Assembly (NCBI GenBank): GCA_017620205.1
Contig: JAFZQX010000003.1
Span: forward strand, 3,713-67,712
Direction: 5' to 3'
Length of the DNA stretch: 64,000 bases
From: Clostridia bacterium
GTDB lineage: Bacteria; Bacillota; Clostridia; UMGS1883; UMGS1540
Shown here: one piece after another, positions 9,701-18,595 of the stretch
Numbering within the stretch: the first letter of the stretch is position 1
How the letters are laid out: every line of letters starts with the position of its first letter
The notes under the pieces: model-generated
Database searches by the model: none
What the model was told of the DNA's origin: nothing
Seen by the model: only the letters and a program-made list of their open reading frames with translations
Translations under genes and position numbers: made by a program

Positions 9701-10276
9701 TTAAAGGATGTTTTCATAAATACTTTCACAGCTTCTCATTGCTAAAATTGTTTTGGAAATCAAATCGTCCAAAGACCATCCGAGCATTTCGGCGCCGCGC
9801 TCTATGACTTCTCTTGAACAGCCGGCGGCAAAATTTGAGTTTTTATACTTTTTCTTAACTGATTTGAGTTCAAGATCCGAAACGCTTTTTGAAGGTCGCA
9901 TAAGGGCAACAGCTCCGATAAGACCGGTAAGCTCATCTGCGGCATATAATACTTTTTCCATTTCGTGTTCAGGCTCTATATCAACCGTTATGGCGTAGCC
10001 GTGGCTTGCGGTTGCGTGAATCAATCTTTCGTCAAGCCCAAGCTCGCGCATTATTTCCTGTTCCTTTATACAGTGCTGAGTGGGAAACTGCTCAAAATCA
10101 AGGTCGTGAAGAAGACCTACTATACCCCAGAAATCTGCTTCATCACCGTATCCGAGCTCTCCTGCAAAATAGCGCATTACGCCTTCAACAATAACTGCGT
10201 GCTTTAAATGAAAATTGTCTTTATTATATTCACAAAGCAAATTCCACGCCGCATCTCTTGAAATCTCTTTATTCAT
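9701..10276 (-). CDS. HD-domain phosphohydrolase (HDIG-type)
   Basis: An H...HD...D metal-ligand pattern. The start was moved to the internal ATG with an RBS. Confidence 0.6.
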   Translation of the reverse strand: MNKEISRDAAWNLLCEYNKDNFHLKHAVIVEGVMRYFAGELGYGDEADFWGIVGLLHDLDFEQFPTQHCIKEQEIMRELGLDERLIHATASHGYAITVDIEPEHEMEKVLYAADELTGLIGAVALMRPSKSVSDLELKSVKKKYKNSNFAAGCSREVIERGAEMLGWSLDDLISKTILAMRSCESIYENIL

Positions 10277-10475
10277 CGTCTGACCCTCTTTCTTATCAAA
10301 CGGCAGTAAATACCTACTAATTTTATATATTATATACTTTTTTGCTATTAAAGTCAATCGTTTTGGGCCAGAAAGGCAGGCGCATAATATCTTTTGTTTA
10401 TATATAAAAGCTATAGCAAAGGAATAAACTATACATTTCTATAGCATTCAGGTATAGCTGCGCCAAAAAAATAGT

Positions 10476-10506
10476 ATTGACATATAATAAAAACGGTGTT
10501 ATAATA
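10476..10506 (+). promoter_or_regulatory. sigma-A promoter (TTGACA-17-TATAAT)
   Basis: Exact consensus -35 and -10 hexamers with a 17-nt spacer, about 55 nt upstream of the leader ORF. Confidence 0.8.
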
Positions 10507-10532
10507 CCTATAAAACACGTAGGATTTATAGG
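10507..10532. promoter_or_regulatory. perfect 8-bp inverted repeat CCTATAAA-N10-TTTATAGG at the transcription start
   Basis: Palindrome immediately after the -10 element. Possible operator or 5' hairpin. Confidence 0.45.
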
Positions 10533-10559
10533 ATATAAACTGCTGAAAGGAAATATATC

Positions 10560-10649
10560 ATGAAAAACATTAATAAATCACGTCAGATGAATAATTGTTT
10601 CTGTTGCTGTATTTTATGTGTCCGCATAGGCGATACGGTCTGTTTGTGA
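10560..10649 (+). CDS. Cys-rich leader peptide MKNINKSRQMNNCFCCCILCVRIGDTVCL (putative attenuator)
   Basis: RBS AAAGGA lies 9 nt upstream. 6 of 29 codons are Cys. The stop is 21 nt before an intrinsic terminator. Sits ahead of the Met-to-Cys operon. Not in the ORF track (below 60 aa). Confidence 0.55.
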   Translation: MKNINKSRQMNNCFCCCILCVRIGDTVCL

Positions 10650-10670
10650 TTGCTTTTTTTAAAGTATAAC

Positions 10671-10711
10671 GGCTCCGTCTATGTGTATAAAAGCAGGCGG
10701 AGCCTTTTTAT
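10671..10711 (+). terminator. intrinsic terminator/attenuator (GGCTCCGTCT...AGGCGGAGCC + TTTTTAT)
   Basis: 10-bp stem with one G-U wobble, a 14-nt loop and a U-tract, located in the 5' leader 27 nt upstream of the first structural gene. Confidence 0.65.
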
Positions 10712-10737
10712 ATATCATAAAGAAATGAGGATAGCTT

Positions 10738-11652
10738 ATGACATTATACAGGGAAAGCGTAACGGCAAAAATATGTGCTTTTTCAAGAGCGCATCACTCA
10801 ATGCGGAAAAGCTCAAAAATATTTGATGACAACCTCGCATTTGATATTCTGGGTAAAAAAGAATATGAAAGAATAGGACAGATGATAGAGAACGGATTTA
10901 AAAATCGTGAATATAATCCATTAAGCGCTTTCAACAAGCAATTTGTTTCGGAAGAAATAGAAAAATATATTTCTCCCATAACGCTTTCAAGAGCCGCTTT
11001 TGCGGAAGAAAGTCTTCTGCAGTTTGCCGAAAAGAAAGGCGCCTGTCAGTATGTTATTTGCGGTGCGGGAATGGATACGTTTCCATTTCGCAACGAAAAC
11101 AGGAATATAAAAATATTTGAACTTGATTATCCCGATACGCAGGAGTATAAACTGAAAAAAATCAATGAGCTTAAATGGGATATCCCGTCTGATGTTTACT
11201 ATGTGCCGATAGACTTTTCGAAGGACGATATGAGTATAAAGTTAAAAGAAGCCGGATTTTCAAAAGATATACCGACATTTTTTTCAATACTCGGAGTAAC
11301 ATATTATCTTACGCTTTCGGTTTTTACAAAGACGCTTGAGATGATAAATGAAATATCGTCTCCCGAAAGCGAAATAGTTTTTGATTATCCCGATGAAACA
11401 ACATTTGCCGGCAAAGACAATGAAAGGGTATTGCGTCTTCGCCAGATAGCGTCGGGACTCGGCGAGATAATGAAACAGGGCTTTAGCCTGAATGAAATTG
11501 AAGAAGCGCTCAAAAAAAGCGGTTTTGGAATAAAAAAGCATCTGCCGCCCGGGGAGATACAAAAAACACTTCGCGGGCGCGGCTACAGCCAACAGGCGTT
11601 TGAAAACATCCATTTAATCAAAGCGGTAAAAGGAAAGGAATTTAAAATATGA
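10738..11652 (+). CDS. class I SAM-dependent methyltransferase (TIGR00027/LCM-like O-methyltransferase family)
   Basis: Rossmann SAM-binding core (VICGAGMDT). First gene of the operon, overlapping metK by 4 nt. Confidence 0.65.
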   Translation: MTLYRESVTAKICAFSRAHHSMRKSSKIFDDNLAFDILGKKEYERIGQMIENGFKNREYNPLSAFNKQFVSEEIEKYISPITLSRAAFAEESLLQFAEKKGACQYVICGAGMDTFPFRNENRNIKIFELDYPDTQEYKLKKINELKWDIPSDVYYVPIDFSKDDMSIKLKEAGFSKDIPTFFSILGVTYYLTLSVFTKTLEMINEISSPESEIVFDYPDETTFAGKDNERVLRLRQIASGLGEIMKQGFSLNEIEEALKKSGFGIKKHLPPGEIQKTLRGRGYSQQAFENIHLIKAVKGKEFKI

Positions 11653-12824
11653 GCAGTTTTATTTTTACATCGGAATCGGTAACAAGCGGTCATCCCGATA
11701 AAGTCAGCGATATAATTTCCGATTCAATTCTCGATGCGTATCTTGAAAAGGATCCTCATGCGAGAGTTGCGGTTGAAACAGTGGTAAAAAACAACACCGT
11801 GATTTTAGCGGGTGAAATATCGTCAAATGCAAAAACGGATATTGAAAATACAGTGCGGAAAGCGATAAATGAAATAGGATATAACAGAGGGGAACTCGGT
11901 TTCAGCGGCGATACGGCTGAAATAATAATTCGCATAGACAAACAGTCTCCCGATATAGCACAGGGAGTAGACAGCGCACTTGAAAGCCAAAGCGAAATAG
12001 GTGCGGGTGATCAGGGAATGGTTTTCGGATATGCGTCGGATGAAACGGAGGAGCTTATGCCTTTGCCCATATCCCTTGCGCATAAGCTTGCAAAAAAGCT
12101 TCAGGAAGTCCGTGAAAACGGCACTCTCCCGTATCTCCGCCCAGACGGAAAAACCCAGGTTTCGATCAAATATGAAAACGGCGTACCGGCAGGAATTGAC
12201 ACCGTTTTAGTATCCGCACAGCATGATGAAGACATAACGCAGGAACAAATCCGGAAAGATATAACAGAATATGTTATCAAACCCGTTATACCCGGGGAGT
12301 TTCTTGATATTACAACAAAAATACTTGTAAATCCTACGGGCAGGTTCGTAATAGGAGGCCCTGTGGGCGACAGCGGTCTTACAGGGCGCAAGATTATTGT
12401 AGATACATACGGAGGCGCCGCAAGACACGGCGGCGGTGCGTTTTCCGGGAAAGACCCGACAAAGGTTGACAGAAGCGCGGCATACGCGGCAAGATATGCT
12501 GCAAAAAATATAGTTGCGGCGAAGCTTGCAAAGAAAGCGGAGATACAAATCGCGTATGCAATAGGCGTTGCAAATCCCGTTTCGGTAAGCGTTGATACTT
12601 TCGGAACGGGCGTTGTTGCAGATGACAAGCTGCACGCGGCAATACTTGAAGTGTTTGATTTCAGACCCAAAGCAATCATAAAAGAGCTGGAGCTTCAAAA
12701 ACCGGTATATAAAGAAACCGCAGCTTACGGTCATTTCGGACGGGACGAATCTTTGTTTAATTGGGAAAAAACAGATAAAGCAGCACTGCTTATCGGATAT
12801 TTAAGAGAGCGTGGAGAAATATGA
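11649..12824 (+). CDS. metK: S-adenosylmethionine synthetase
   Basis: Canonical GHPDK motif and GGGAFSGKD motif. Confidence 0.95.
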   Translation: MSSFIFTSESVTSGHPDKVSDIISDSILDAYLEKDPHARVAVETVVKNNTVILAGEISSNAKTDIENTVRKAINEIGYNRGELGFSGDTAEIIIRIDKQSPDIAQGVDSALESQSEIGAGDQGMVFGYASDETEELMPLPISLAHKLAKKLQEVRENGTLPYLRPDGKTQVSIKYENGVPAGIDTVLVSAQHDEDITQEQIRKDITEYVIKPVIPGEFLDITTKILVNPTGRFVIGGPVGDSGLTGRKIIVDTYGGAARHGGGAFSGKDPTKVDRSAAYAARYAAKNIVAAKLAKKAEIQIAYAIGVANPVSVSVDTFGTGVVADDKLHAAILEVFDFRPKAIIKELELQKPVYKETAAYGHFGRDESLFNWEKTDKAALLIGYLRERGEI

Positions 12825-13282
12825 AAACTATTGCGAGCTTTACAGTAAACCACGATAAACTGCAGAAGGGCATTTACATTTCAAGAAAAGACGGGGATGT
12901 TATTACATACGACATAAGAATGAAAAAGCCAAACGGCGGCGACTATCTTTCAAATGAAACTATTCATACAATAGAACATCTTTTTGCAACGTATGTGAGA
13001 AACGGAGCTTTTTCCGAAAGCGTAATATATGTCGGCCCTATGGGCTGCCGTACAGGGTTTTACTTTATCCTTAGAGATAAAGTGTCTCATGCCGAAGTGA
13101 TTTCACTTACAAAAGAAGTTTTTGCTTTTATCGCAAACTTTGAAGGCGCGATACCGGGAACAAGACGCATAGAGTGCGGCAATTACCTGGAACACAACCT
13201 TAAGGACGCAAAAAAAGAAGCAAGGGGAATGGGCAAAGTTTTATCGGACTGGACAGAGGAACAAATGTATTATGAAAACTAA
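12821..13282 (+). CDS. luxS: S-ribosylhomocysteine lyase
   Basis: HTIEH motif and the conserved C of the LuxS family. Confidence 0.9.
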   Translation: MKTIASFTVNHDKLQKGIYISRKDGDVITYDIRMKKPNGGDYLSNETIHTIEHLFATYVRNGAFSESVIYVGPMGCRTGFYFILRDKVSHAEVISLTKEVFAFIANFEGAIPGTRRIECGNYLEHNLKDAKKEARGMGKVLSDWTEEQMYYEN

Positions 13283-13997
13283 TAAACTGATAGGCGTTAT
13301 AGGCGCAATGGAAAGCGAAACTGAAAAGATTAAAACATTGCTTACGGAAAAGCGTCTGTTTACCGAAAGCGGAATAGAATTTGTCAGGGGACGGCTGCAC
13401 GGGCAAGATGTTATTGTTGCCAAAAGCGGTATCGGAAAAGTAAACGCCGCAATATGTACGCAGATTATGATAGATAAGTTCTCTGTTGACTCAATAATCA
13501 ATACAGGCGTCGCGGGGGCAATTGACAAACGGCTGAGCGTGGGTGATCTGATAATCGGAACAACGCTTGTCCAGCATGATTTTGACGTAACTGCGTTCGG
13601 GTATTCCAAAGGATATATGTGTACGGGGAAAAACCCAAACGAGCCGACAAAGTATCATTCGGATAAACGCCTTGTAAATAAAATTTTCCGCGCGGCAAAA
13701 ACAAACTTAAAGGACAAAAGAATAATAACGGGCATCATAGCTTCCGGAGATGTGTTTGTTTCATCTTCCGAAGATAAAGAAATGTTAAAAGAGGTTTTTA
13801 ACGCGTCGGCAGTTGAAATGGAAGGCGCCGCAATTGCGCAAACGGCGGCGGCAGTTAGCGTTCCGTTTGCCGTTATAAGAACCGTGTCGGATAATGCGGA
13901 CGGAGAAGCAGAAAAATCTTTTGATATATTTGAAAAAGAAGCAGCCGAGCAGTCGGCATATGTAATAAATAAATTTATTGAATCGGAGGCAATCTGA
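13272..13997 (+). CDS. mtnN: 5'-methylthioadenosine/S-adenosylhomocysteine nucleosidase
   Basis: IGAMESE motif. Full-length Pfs/MtnN. Confidence 0.9.
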   Translation: MKTNKLIGVIGAMESETEKIKTLLTEKRLFTESGIEFVRGRLHGQDVIVAKSGIGKVNAAICTQIMIDKFSVDSIINTGVAGAIDKRLSVGDLIIGTTLVQHDFDVTAFGYSKGYMCTGKNPNEPTKYHSDKRLVNKIFRAAKTNLKDKRIITGIIASGDVFVSSSEDKEMLKEVFNASAVEMEGAAIAQTAAAVSVPFAVIRTVSDNADGEAEKSFDIFEKEAAEQSAYVINKFIESEAI

Positions 13998-13998
13998 A

Positions 13999-15159
13999 AT
14001 GAAAAGTTATAAAGAGATAGAATCCGCGCTTATACACGGCGGGATTTACGGTGATAAACAAACGGGAGCTGTAAATGTTCCTATTTACCAGACATCAACG
14101 TATGAGCAGGAAGCTCTCGGCAAGCATAAGGGCTATGAATATTCCCGCACGGGAAATCCTACCAGAGCAGCTCTTGAAGCGCTTATAGCCGAGCTTGAAG
14201 AAGGTACGGACGGCTTTGCGTTTGCGTCGGGAATGGCGGCTATCACGGCGGTGCTGAGCCTTTTTAAAACCGGAGACAAAATTATTATTTCAAGCAATGT
14301 ATATGGCGGCACCTTCCGCGTGCTTGACAAAGTCTTTACAAACTTTGGCATAGCATATTCCATAGAAGATACAACAGATATTGACGCCTTGGATAAAAAA
14401 ATAACTGACGATGTTAGGGCGGTTTTAATAGAAAGTCCGGCAAACCCGCTTTTGTCGGTTACCGATTTGTCCGCAGTTGCCGCGCTTGCCAAAAAACACG
14501 GAATTCTTACGATAGTAGATAATACTTTTATGACGCCGTATTTGCAAAAGCCCCTAAAACTCGGCGCCGATATTGTTTTGCACAGCGCAACGAAATACCT
14601 CGGCGGTCACAGCGACCTTGTAGCGGGACTTGTTGCGGTAAATTCCAAAGCGCTTGCAGAGCGTCTTGCGTTTATACAAAATGCGACAGGCGGTGTTTTG
14701 CAGCCGTTTGATTCTTTTTTACTTATACGCGGCATCAAAACTCTCGGAGTCAGAATGGACAGACATGTTGAAAATGCAGAAAAAGCGGCAGAGTTTTTAA
14801 GAAACCATAAAGCGGTCAAAAAAGTGTATTATCCGGGTTTTGAAGACGCCAAAGGTTATGAAATAAACAAAAAACAGGCAAAAAACGGCGGAGCTATGAT
14901 TTCCTTTGAGCTTTACGAAAACTACAATGCAGAAAAATTCTTCTCATCATTAAAGCTTATCGCGCTTGCCGAAAGTTTGGGCGGCGTAGAATCGCTTGTA
15001 TGCCACCCCGCCAGCATGACGCACGCCTCAATTCCGTATGAGACGCGCCAAAAGGTGGGGATTACGGACGGTCTTATTAGGCTGTCGATAGGTATAGAGC
15101 ATATAGATGATATTTTAAATGATTTAGAGCAGGCCATAACGGAAAGTGAGGTAAAATAA
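13999..15159 (+). CDS. mccB: Cys/Met-metabolism PLP enzyme (cystathionine gamma-lyase/homocysteine gamma-lyase, MccB/MetC-like)
   Basis: MetB/MetC/MccB family motifs including the PLP lysine region. Start at the internal ATG just after the mtnN stop. Confidence 0.8.
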   Translation: MKSYKEIESALIHGGIYGDKQTGAVNVPIYQTSTYEQEALGKHKGYEYSRTGNPTRAALEALIAELEEGTDGFAFASGMAAITAVLSLFKTGDKIIISSNVYGGTFRVLDKVFTNFGIAYSIEDTTDIDALDKKITDDVRAVLIESPANPLLSVTDLSAVAALAKKHGILTIVDNTFMTPYLQKPLKLGADIVLHSATKYLGGHSDLVAGLVAVNSKALAERLAFIQNATGGVLQPFDSFLLIRGIKTLGVRMDRHVENAEKAAEFLRNHKAVKKVYYPGFEDAKGYEINKKQAKNGGAMISFELYENYNAEKFFSSLKLIALAESLGGVESLVCHPASMTHASIPYETRQKVGITDGLIRLSIGIEHIDDILNDLEQAITESEVK

Positions 15160-16070
15160 TGAGTTATTATGAATCCATGCAGGATCTTATAGGAAACACC
15201 CCCATTGTAAAACTAAAGCACATTCCTTTGCCGGACGGTGTAAACCTTTTTGCCAAATTAGAGCTTTATAACCCTGCCGGCAGCGTTAAGGACAGGGTTG
15301 GAAAATATATGATAGAGCGTGCCGAAAAAGAGGGAAAGCTGAAACCCGGCGGAACTATTGTGGAAGGTACGGCAGGCAATACGGGACTTGGCATAGCTTT
15401 TGCGGCGCTTAACCGCAATTACCGCGTTATCTTTGCCGTGCCGACAAAATTCTCCGAAGAAAAGCAGACGCTTATGCGTGCGCTCGGAGCCGAAATTATA
15501 AATACACCGCGCGAAGACGGTATGCTCGGCGCTTCAAAAAAGGCTGAGGAGCTTAGAGAAGAAATACCCGGCGCCGTTTCTTTAAAGCAATTTGAAAATC
15601 CTGCAAATCCCCTTGCACATTATGAAACAACCGGACCCGAGATCTGGCGCGATTTAAGCGGAAAAATAGACTATCTGGTTGCAGGTGCGGGCAGCGGCGG
15701 TACATATTCGGGCGCGCTGCGTTATCTTAAGGAGCAAAACCCCGCTATAAAGGGAATACTTGCAGACCCCGTAGGCTCAACAATGGGCGGAGGCGAGCAC
15801 GGCGATTATAACATAGAGGGCATCGGAAACGACTTTATAGCAAAGACAATGGATATGTCACTTGTTGACGATGTTATAAAAATAAATGACGAGGAAGCGT
15901 TTTCTGGCGCCCGTATGCTGGCGCTCAGAGAAGGTATAATAGCGGGCTCGTCGTCCGGGGCGGCGCTTGCGGCAGCACAAAAGCTTGCAAAGAGCGGTGT
16001 TAAGGGAAATATTGTTATAGTTCTTCCCGACAGGGGCGACAGATATTTCAGTAAGAATTTATATTTATAA
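15159..16070 (+). CDS. mccA: cysteine synthase family (OAS-dependent cystathionine beta-synthase MccA-like / CysK)
   Basis: Canonical PLP-lysine motif (GSVKDR) of the cysteine synthase family. Operon context suggests reverse transsulfuration. Confidence 0.8.
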   Translation: MSYYESMQDLIGNTPIVKLKHIPLPDGVNLFAKLELYNPAGSVKDRVGKYMIERAEKEGKLKPGGTIVEGTAGNTGLGIAFAALNRNYRVIFAVPTKFSEEKQTLMRALGAEIINTPREDGMLGASKKAEELREEIPGAVSLKQFENPANPLAHYETTGPEIWRDLSGKIDYLVAGAGSGGTYSGALRYLKEQNPAIKGILADPVGSTMGGGEHGDYNIEGIGNDFIAKTMDMSLVDDVIKINDEEAFSGARMLALREGIIAGSSSGAALAAAQKLAKSGVKGNIVIVLPDRGDRYFSKNLYL

Positions 16071-16101
16071 AATTAAAAAATGCGAAAGCCGGGTGGAGTT
16101 T

Positions 16102-16539
16102 TTGAGAATATCAACAAAAGGGCGGTATGCTTTACGCGTGCTCGTATATCTTGCGGAGAATTTAAACGGTAACTATATCGCGTTAAAGGAAATAGCAAAA
16201 AGCCAACACATATCAAAAAAATACTTGGAACAAATCGTTCCCGTTTTAACGAGAAACGGACTGCTGCAGGTAAACCGCGGCTTTCAGGGGGGATACCGGC
16301 TCAGCCGTAACCCCGATAAATTTACAGTCGGCTCTGTACTGAGAATGACGGAGGGAAGCCTGTCTTCCGAGGGAAATAATGAAAGCGGTTTTGCAAACAG
16401 CGAATACGATGAAGACGGCGAAATACTCTTTGTATGGCAGGGACTTAATAAAACAATAAACACTTATCTTGACAGTATAACAATTCAAGATATTATAGAC
16501 AACAAACAGGATGAATATGTAAATGATTATGTAATTTGA
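16102..16539 (+). CDS. cymR: Rrf2 family transcriptional regulator (CymR/IscR-like)
   Basis: MRISTKGRYALRVL N-terminal HTH of the Rrf2 family. TTG start with a GGTGGAG RBS. Confidence 0.75.
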   Translation: MRISTKGRYALRVLVYLAENLNGNYIALKEIAKSQHISKKYLEQIVPVLTRNGLLQVNRGFQGGYRLSRNPDKFTVGSVLRMTEGSLSSEGNNESGFANSEYDEDGEILFVWQGLNKTINTYLDSITIQDIIDNKQDEYVNDYVI

Positions 16540-16578
16540 TGTTTGAAGCGAAAGTCTTTAAACAGGAGGAAAAAACAA

Positions 16579-17508
16579 ATGACACTGCAGCAAATATTTT
16601 ATGCGCTTACAATATCTGAAACAGGTTCGATGAACAAAGCGGCTGAGGTTTTGTTTATATCACAGCCGTCTTTGACAAACGCGATAAAAGAGCTTGAAAA
16701 AGACGTTGGTATAACCATATTTTCAAGAACGGGCAGAGGCGCCGTGCCTACAAAAGACGGAGAAGAATTTCTCCTATATGCCCGTCAGGTTTATCAGCAA
16801 TACGAGCTTTTACAGCAAAAGTATGGGGAAAAAGGAAACGTTAAACGGAAGTTCGGAGTTTCCTCACAGCACTATTCCTTTGCCGTTAAAGCGTTTGTGG
16901 AAACCGTTAAAAAGCTTGATTCAAGAAAATACGAATTTGCAATACGAGAAGAAAAAACTCATGTGGTAATTCAGGATGTCGGAAATCTCAGGAGCGAAAT
17001 AGGCATTATATATTTAAGCGATTTTAACCGTAAGGTAATAGAAAAAATGCTGAAAGAATATGAGCTTGAATTTCAAAAGCTGATAGAATGCAACGCTTAT
17101 GTATACCTATGGAAAAATCATCCTCTTGCAAAAGAGAAGTCAATCAGTTTTGAACAGCTGAGACAATACCCCTGCCTGTCTTTTGAGCAGGGCGAAAAGG
17201 GCTCCTTCTATTTTGCAGAGGAAATATTAAGCGATAGCGACTATGCGCAGACTATAAAGACATGCGACAGAGCAACCATGCTCAATTTAATGGTAGGGCT
17301 AAACGGATACACGCTTTGCTCGGGAATTATATGCGGTGAACTAAACGGAAGCGACTATGTAGTTGTTCCGTTTGAAGATGATGCAGTTAACCATAACAGC
17401 ATTTTAGAGATAGGATATATTATAAAAAAGCATGGCATCTTAAGCTCTGCCGGTGAAATCTACATCAAAGAAGTACAAAAATATTTGAAAGAGCAGTCGG
17501 ATATTTAA
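16579..17508 (+). CDS. LysR family transcriptional regulator
   Basis: N-terminal HTH with a LysR substrate-binding domain. AGGAGG RBS. Confidence 0.8.
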   Translation: MTLQQIFYALTISETGSMNKAAEVLFISQPSLTNAIKELEKDVGITIFSRTGRGAVPTKDGEEFLLYARQVYQQYELLQQKYGEKGNVKRKFGVSSQHYSFAVKAFVETVKKLDSRKYEFAIREEKTHVVIQDVGNLRSEIGIIYLSDFNRKVIEKMLKEYELEFQKLIECNAYVYLWKNHPLAKEKSISFEQLRQYPCLSFEQGEKGSFYFAEEILSDSDYAQTIKTCDRATMLNLMVGLNGYTLCSGIICGELNGSDYVVVPFEDDAVNHNSILEIGYIIKKHGILSSAGEIYIKEVQKYLKEQSDI

Positions 17509-17530
17509 TGGTTGCTGTGTTATAAAACCA

Positions 17531-17568
17531 AAAACAACTTTGTGCCATCATGGCACAAAGTTGTTTTC
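17531..17568. terminator. bidirectional terminator (perfect 15-bp inverted repeat)
   Basis: aaaaACAACTTTGTGCCAtcaTGGCACAAAGTTGTtttcg, between convergent genes. Confidence 0.85.
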
Positions 17569-17570
17569 GT

Positions 17571-17921
17571 TTAGTCATATATTATCTCGTTTAATATGAT
17601 TTCTTCGGCTTGCGCTTTGCAGACATTGGCAAGTCCAACCCATTTAAGCTGATCCTTTTGCTTTAACTCTTCCGTTACGCCTGCCGATTTCATCAAATTG
17701 GGCAAAATGCTTTCAAGCCTTTCTCTTGCAATTCTGTCAATCTCATTTAAGTGCGGAACAAGTTCTGCGTGAAGTATCAGTCTGTTCCATAATCCCGTCC
17801 TTTGATTTTTTAAATATTCCTCCCGCATCATTCCGTATTTTCCGTATGTTCGTTTTGTTTCAGGATAACTCAAATTCGGCAAATAATAATCTCCCGCTTT
17901 CCTGTAAGTAATCTCTTTCAT
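17571..17921 (-). CDS. TnpV-like small transposon-associated protein
   Basis: Size and N-terminus (MKEITYRK..DYY.PNL) resemble TnpV proteins of Tn4451-family elements. Recalled similarity only. Confidence 0.45.
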   Translation of the reverse strand: MKEITYRKAGDYYLPNLSYPETKRTYGKYGMMREEYLKNQRTGLWNRLILHAELVPHLNEIDRIARERLESILPNLMKSAGVTEELKQKDQLKWVGLANVCKAQAEEIILNEIIYD

Positions 17922-18192
17922 AAATAAACCATCCTTTCATATTTGATGATTTCATTTTAAACCACTTTTGAAATATACACAACGCTGTCAAATTTTAAAA
18001 GCTCCGAATGGAGCGCAGACCGCAGAAGTTTTTTCTGCGTTTTGGGGGATTGGGGAAGTCGCCCCAACAAGCAAAAATGCAAATTCCGCACATCTGCGGG
18101 ATTTGCATTTTTTGTGCTTTTAGGTCATAAAAGCATCGCTTGCCGGAATGTCCGACTAAAAAATTTTTTCAAAATAGGGTACCGAAAGTACT

Positions 18193-18215
18193 GTTTTTAT
18201 TCCATATAAGTGAAG
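18193..18215. repeat. 23-bp direct repeat copy 1 (GTTTTTATTCCATATAAGTGAAG)
   Basis: Exact copy occurs again at 18279..18301. Confidence 0.9.
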
Positions 18216-18278
18216 AGATTTTTCTAATCACATGAAAACAATTTGTAAACATTTTGGAAATGACCCTCTCAAAACCCC

Positions 18279-18301
18279 GTTTTTATTCCATATAAGTGAA
18301 G
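18279..18301. repeat. 23-bp direct repeat copy 2
   Basis: Exact copy of 18193..18215, 86 bp downstream, just before a TTGACA. Confidence 0.9.
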
Positions 18302-18406
18302 GGTGTTTTTTGACACGCTTGCAAAATAATCGGTTTGTGTTAGATTTAAGGTAAAGCCTGATTGTTGCGGCTGACCTTAATATGCAAACAAAAGGAGGTC
18401 AGCAAA

Positions 18407-18595
18407 GTGCGGAATAAGGATAAGCGTCAGCCGCAGGGAACAAACAAATACGAATTTGAAGGACGCGAGTATATCGTCGAGTCTGTTTATAATGATAACG
18501 GACTTGAAGATATAGCCAGTATATTAAGAAGGATGATACTTTGCCAAGCGCAGACGCTAAAGGAGAAACACAATGAAAAGCAAAACCAGGGATAA
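18407..18595 (+). CDS. small hypothetical protein upstream of and overlapping the recombinase gene
   Basis: GTG start with a strong AAAGGAGG RBS. 62 aa. Overlaps the recombinase start by 23 nt. Confidence 0.4.
   Translation: MRNKDKRQPQGTNKYEFEGREYIVESVYNDNGLEDIASILRRMILCQAQTLKEKHNEKQNQG

Noticed and set aside
10507-10737. SAM-I (S-box) riboswitch or T-box in the leader of the metK-containing operon
   Set aside because: The leader is only about 230 nt. It is AT-rich and lacks the GGTGCTAA/T-box or S-box conserved cores. The small Cys-rich ORF plus terminator explains the architecture better.
12101-12734. Minus-strand ORFs of 192 and 175 aa inside metK
   Set aside because: Antisense to the highly conserved metK. 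Shadow ORFs.
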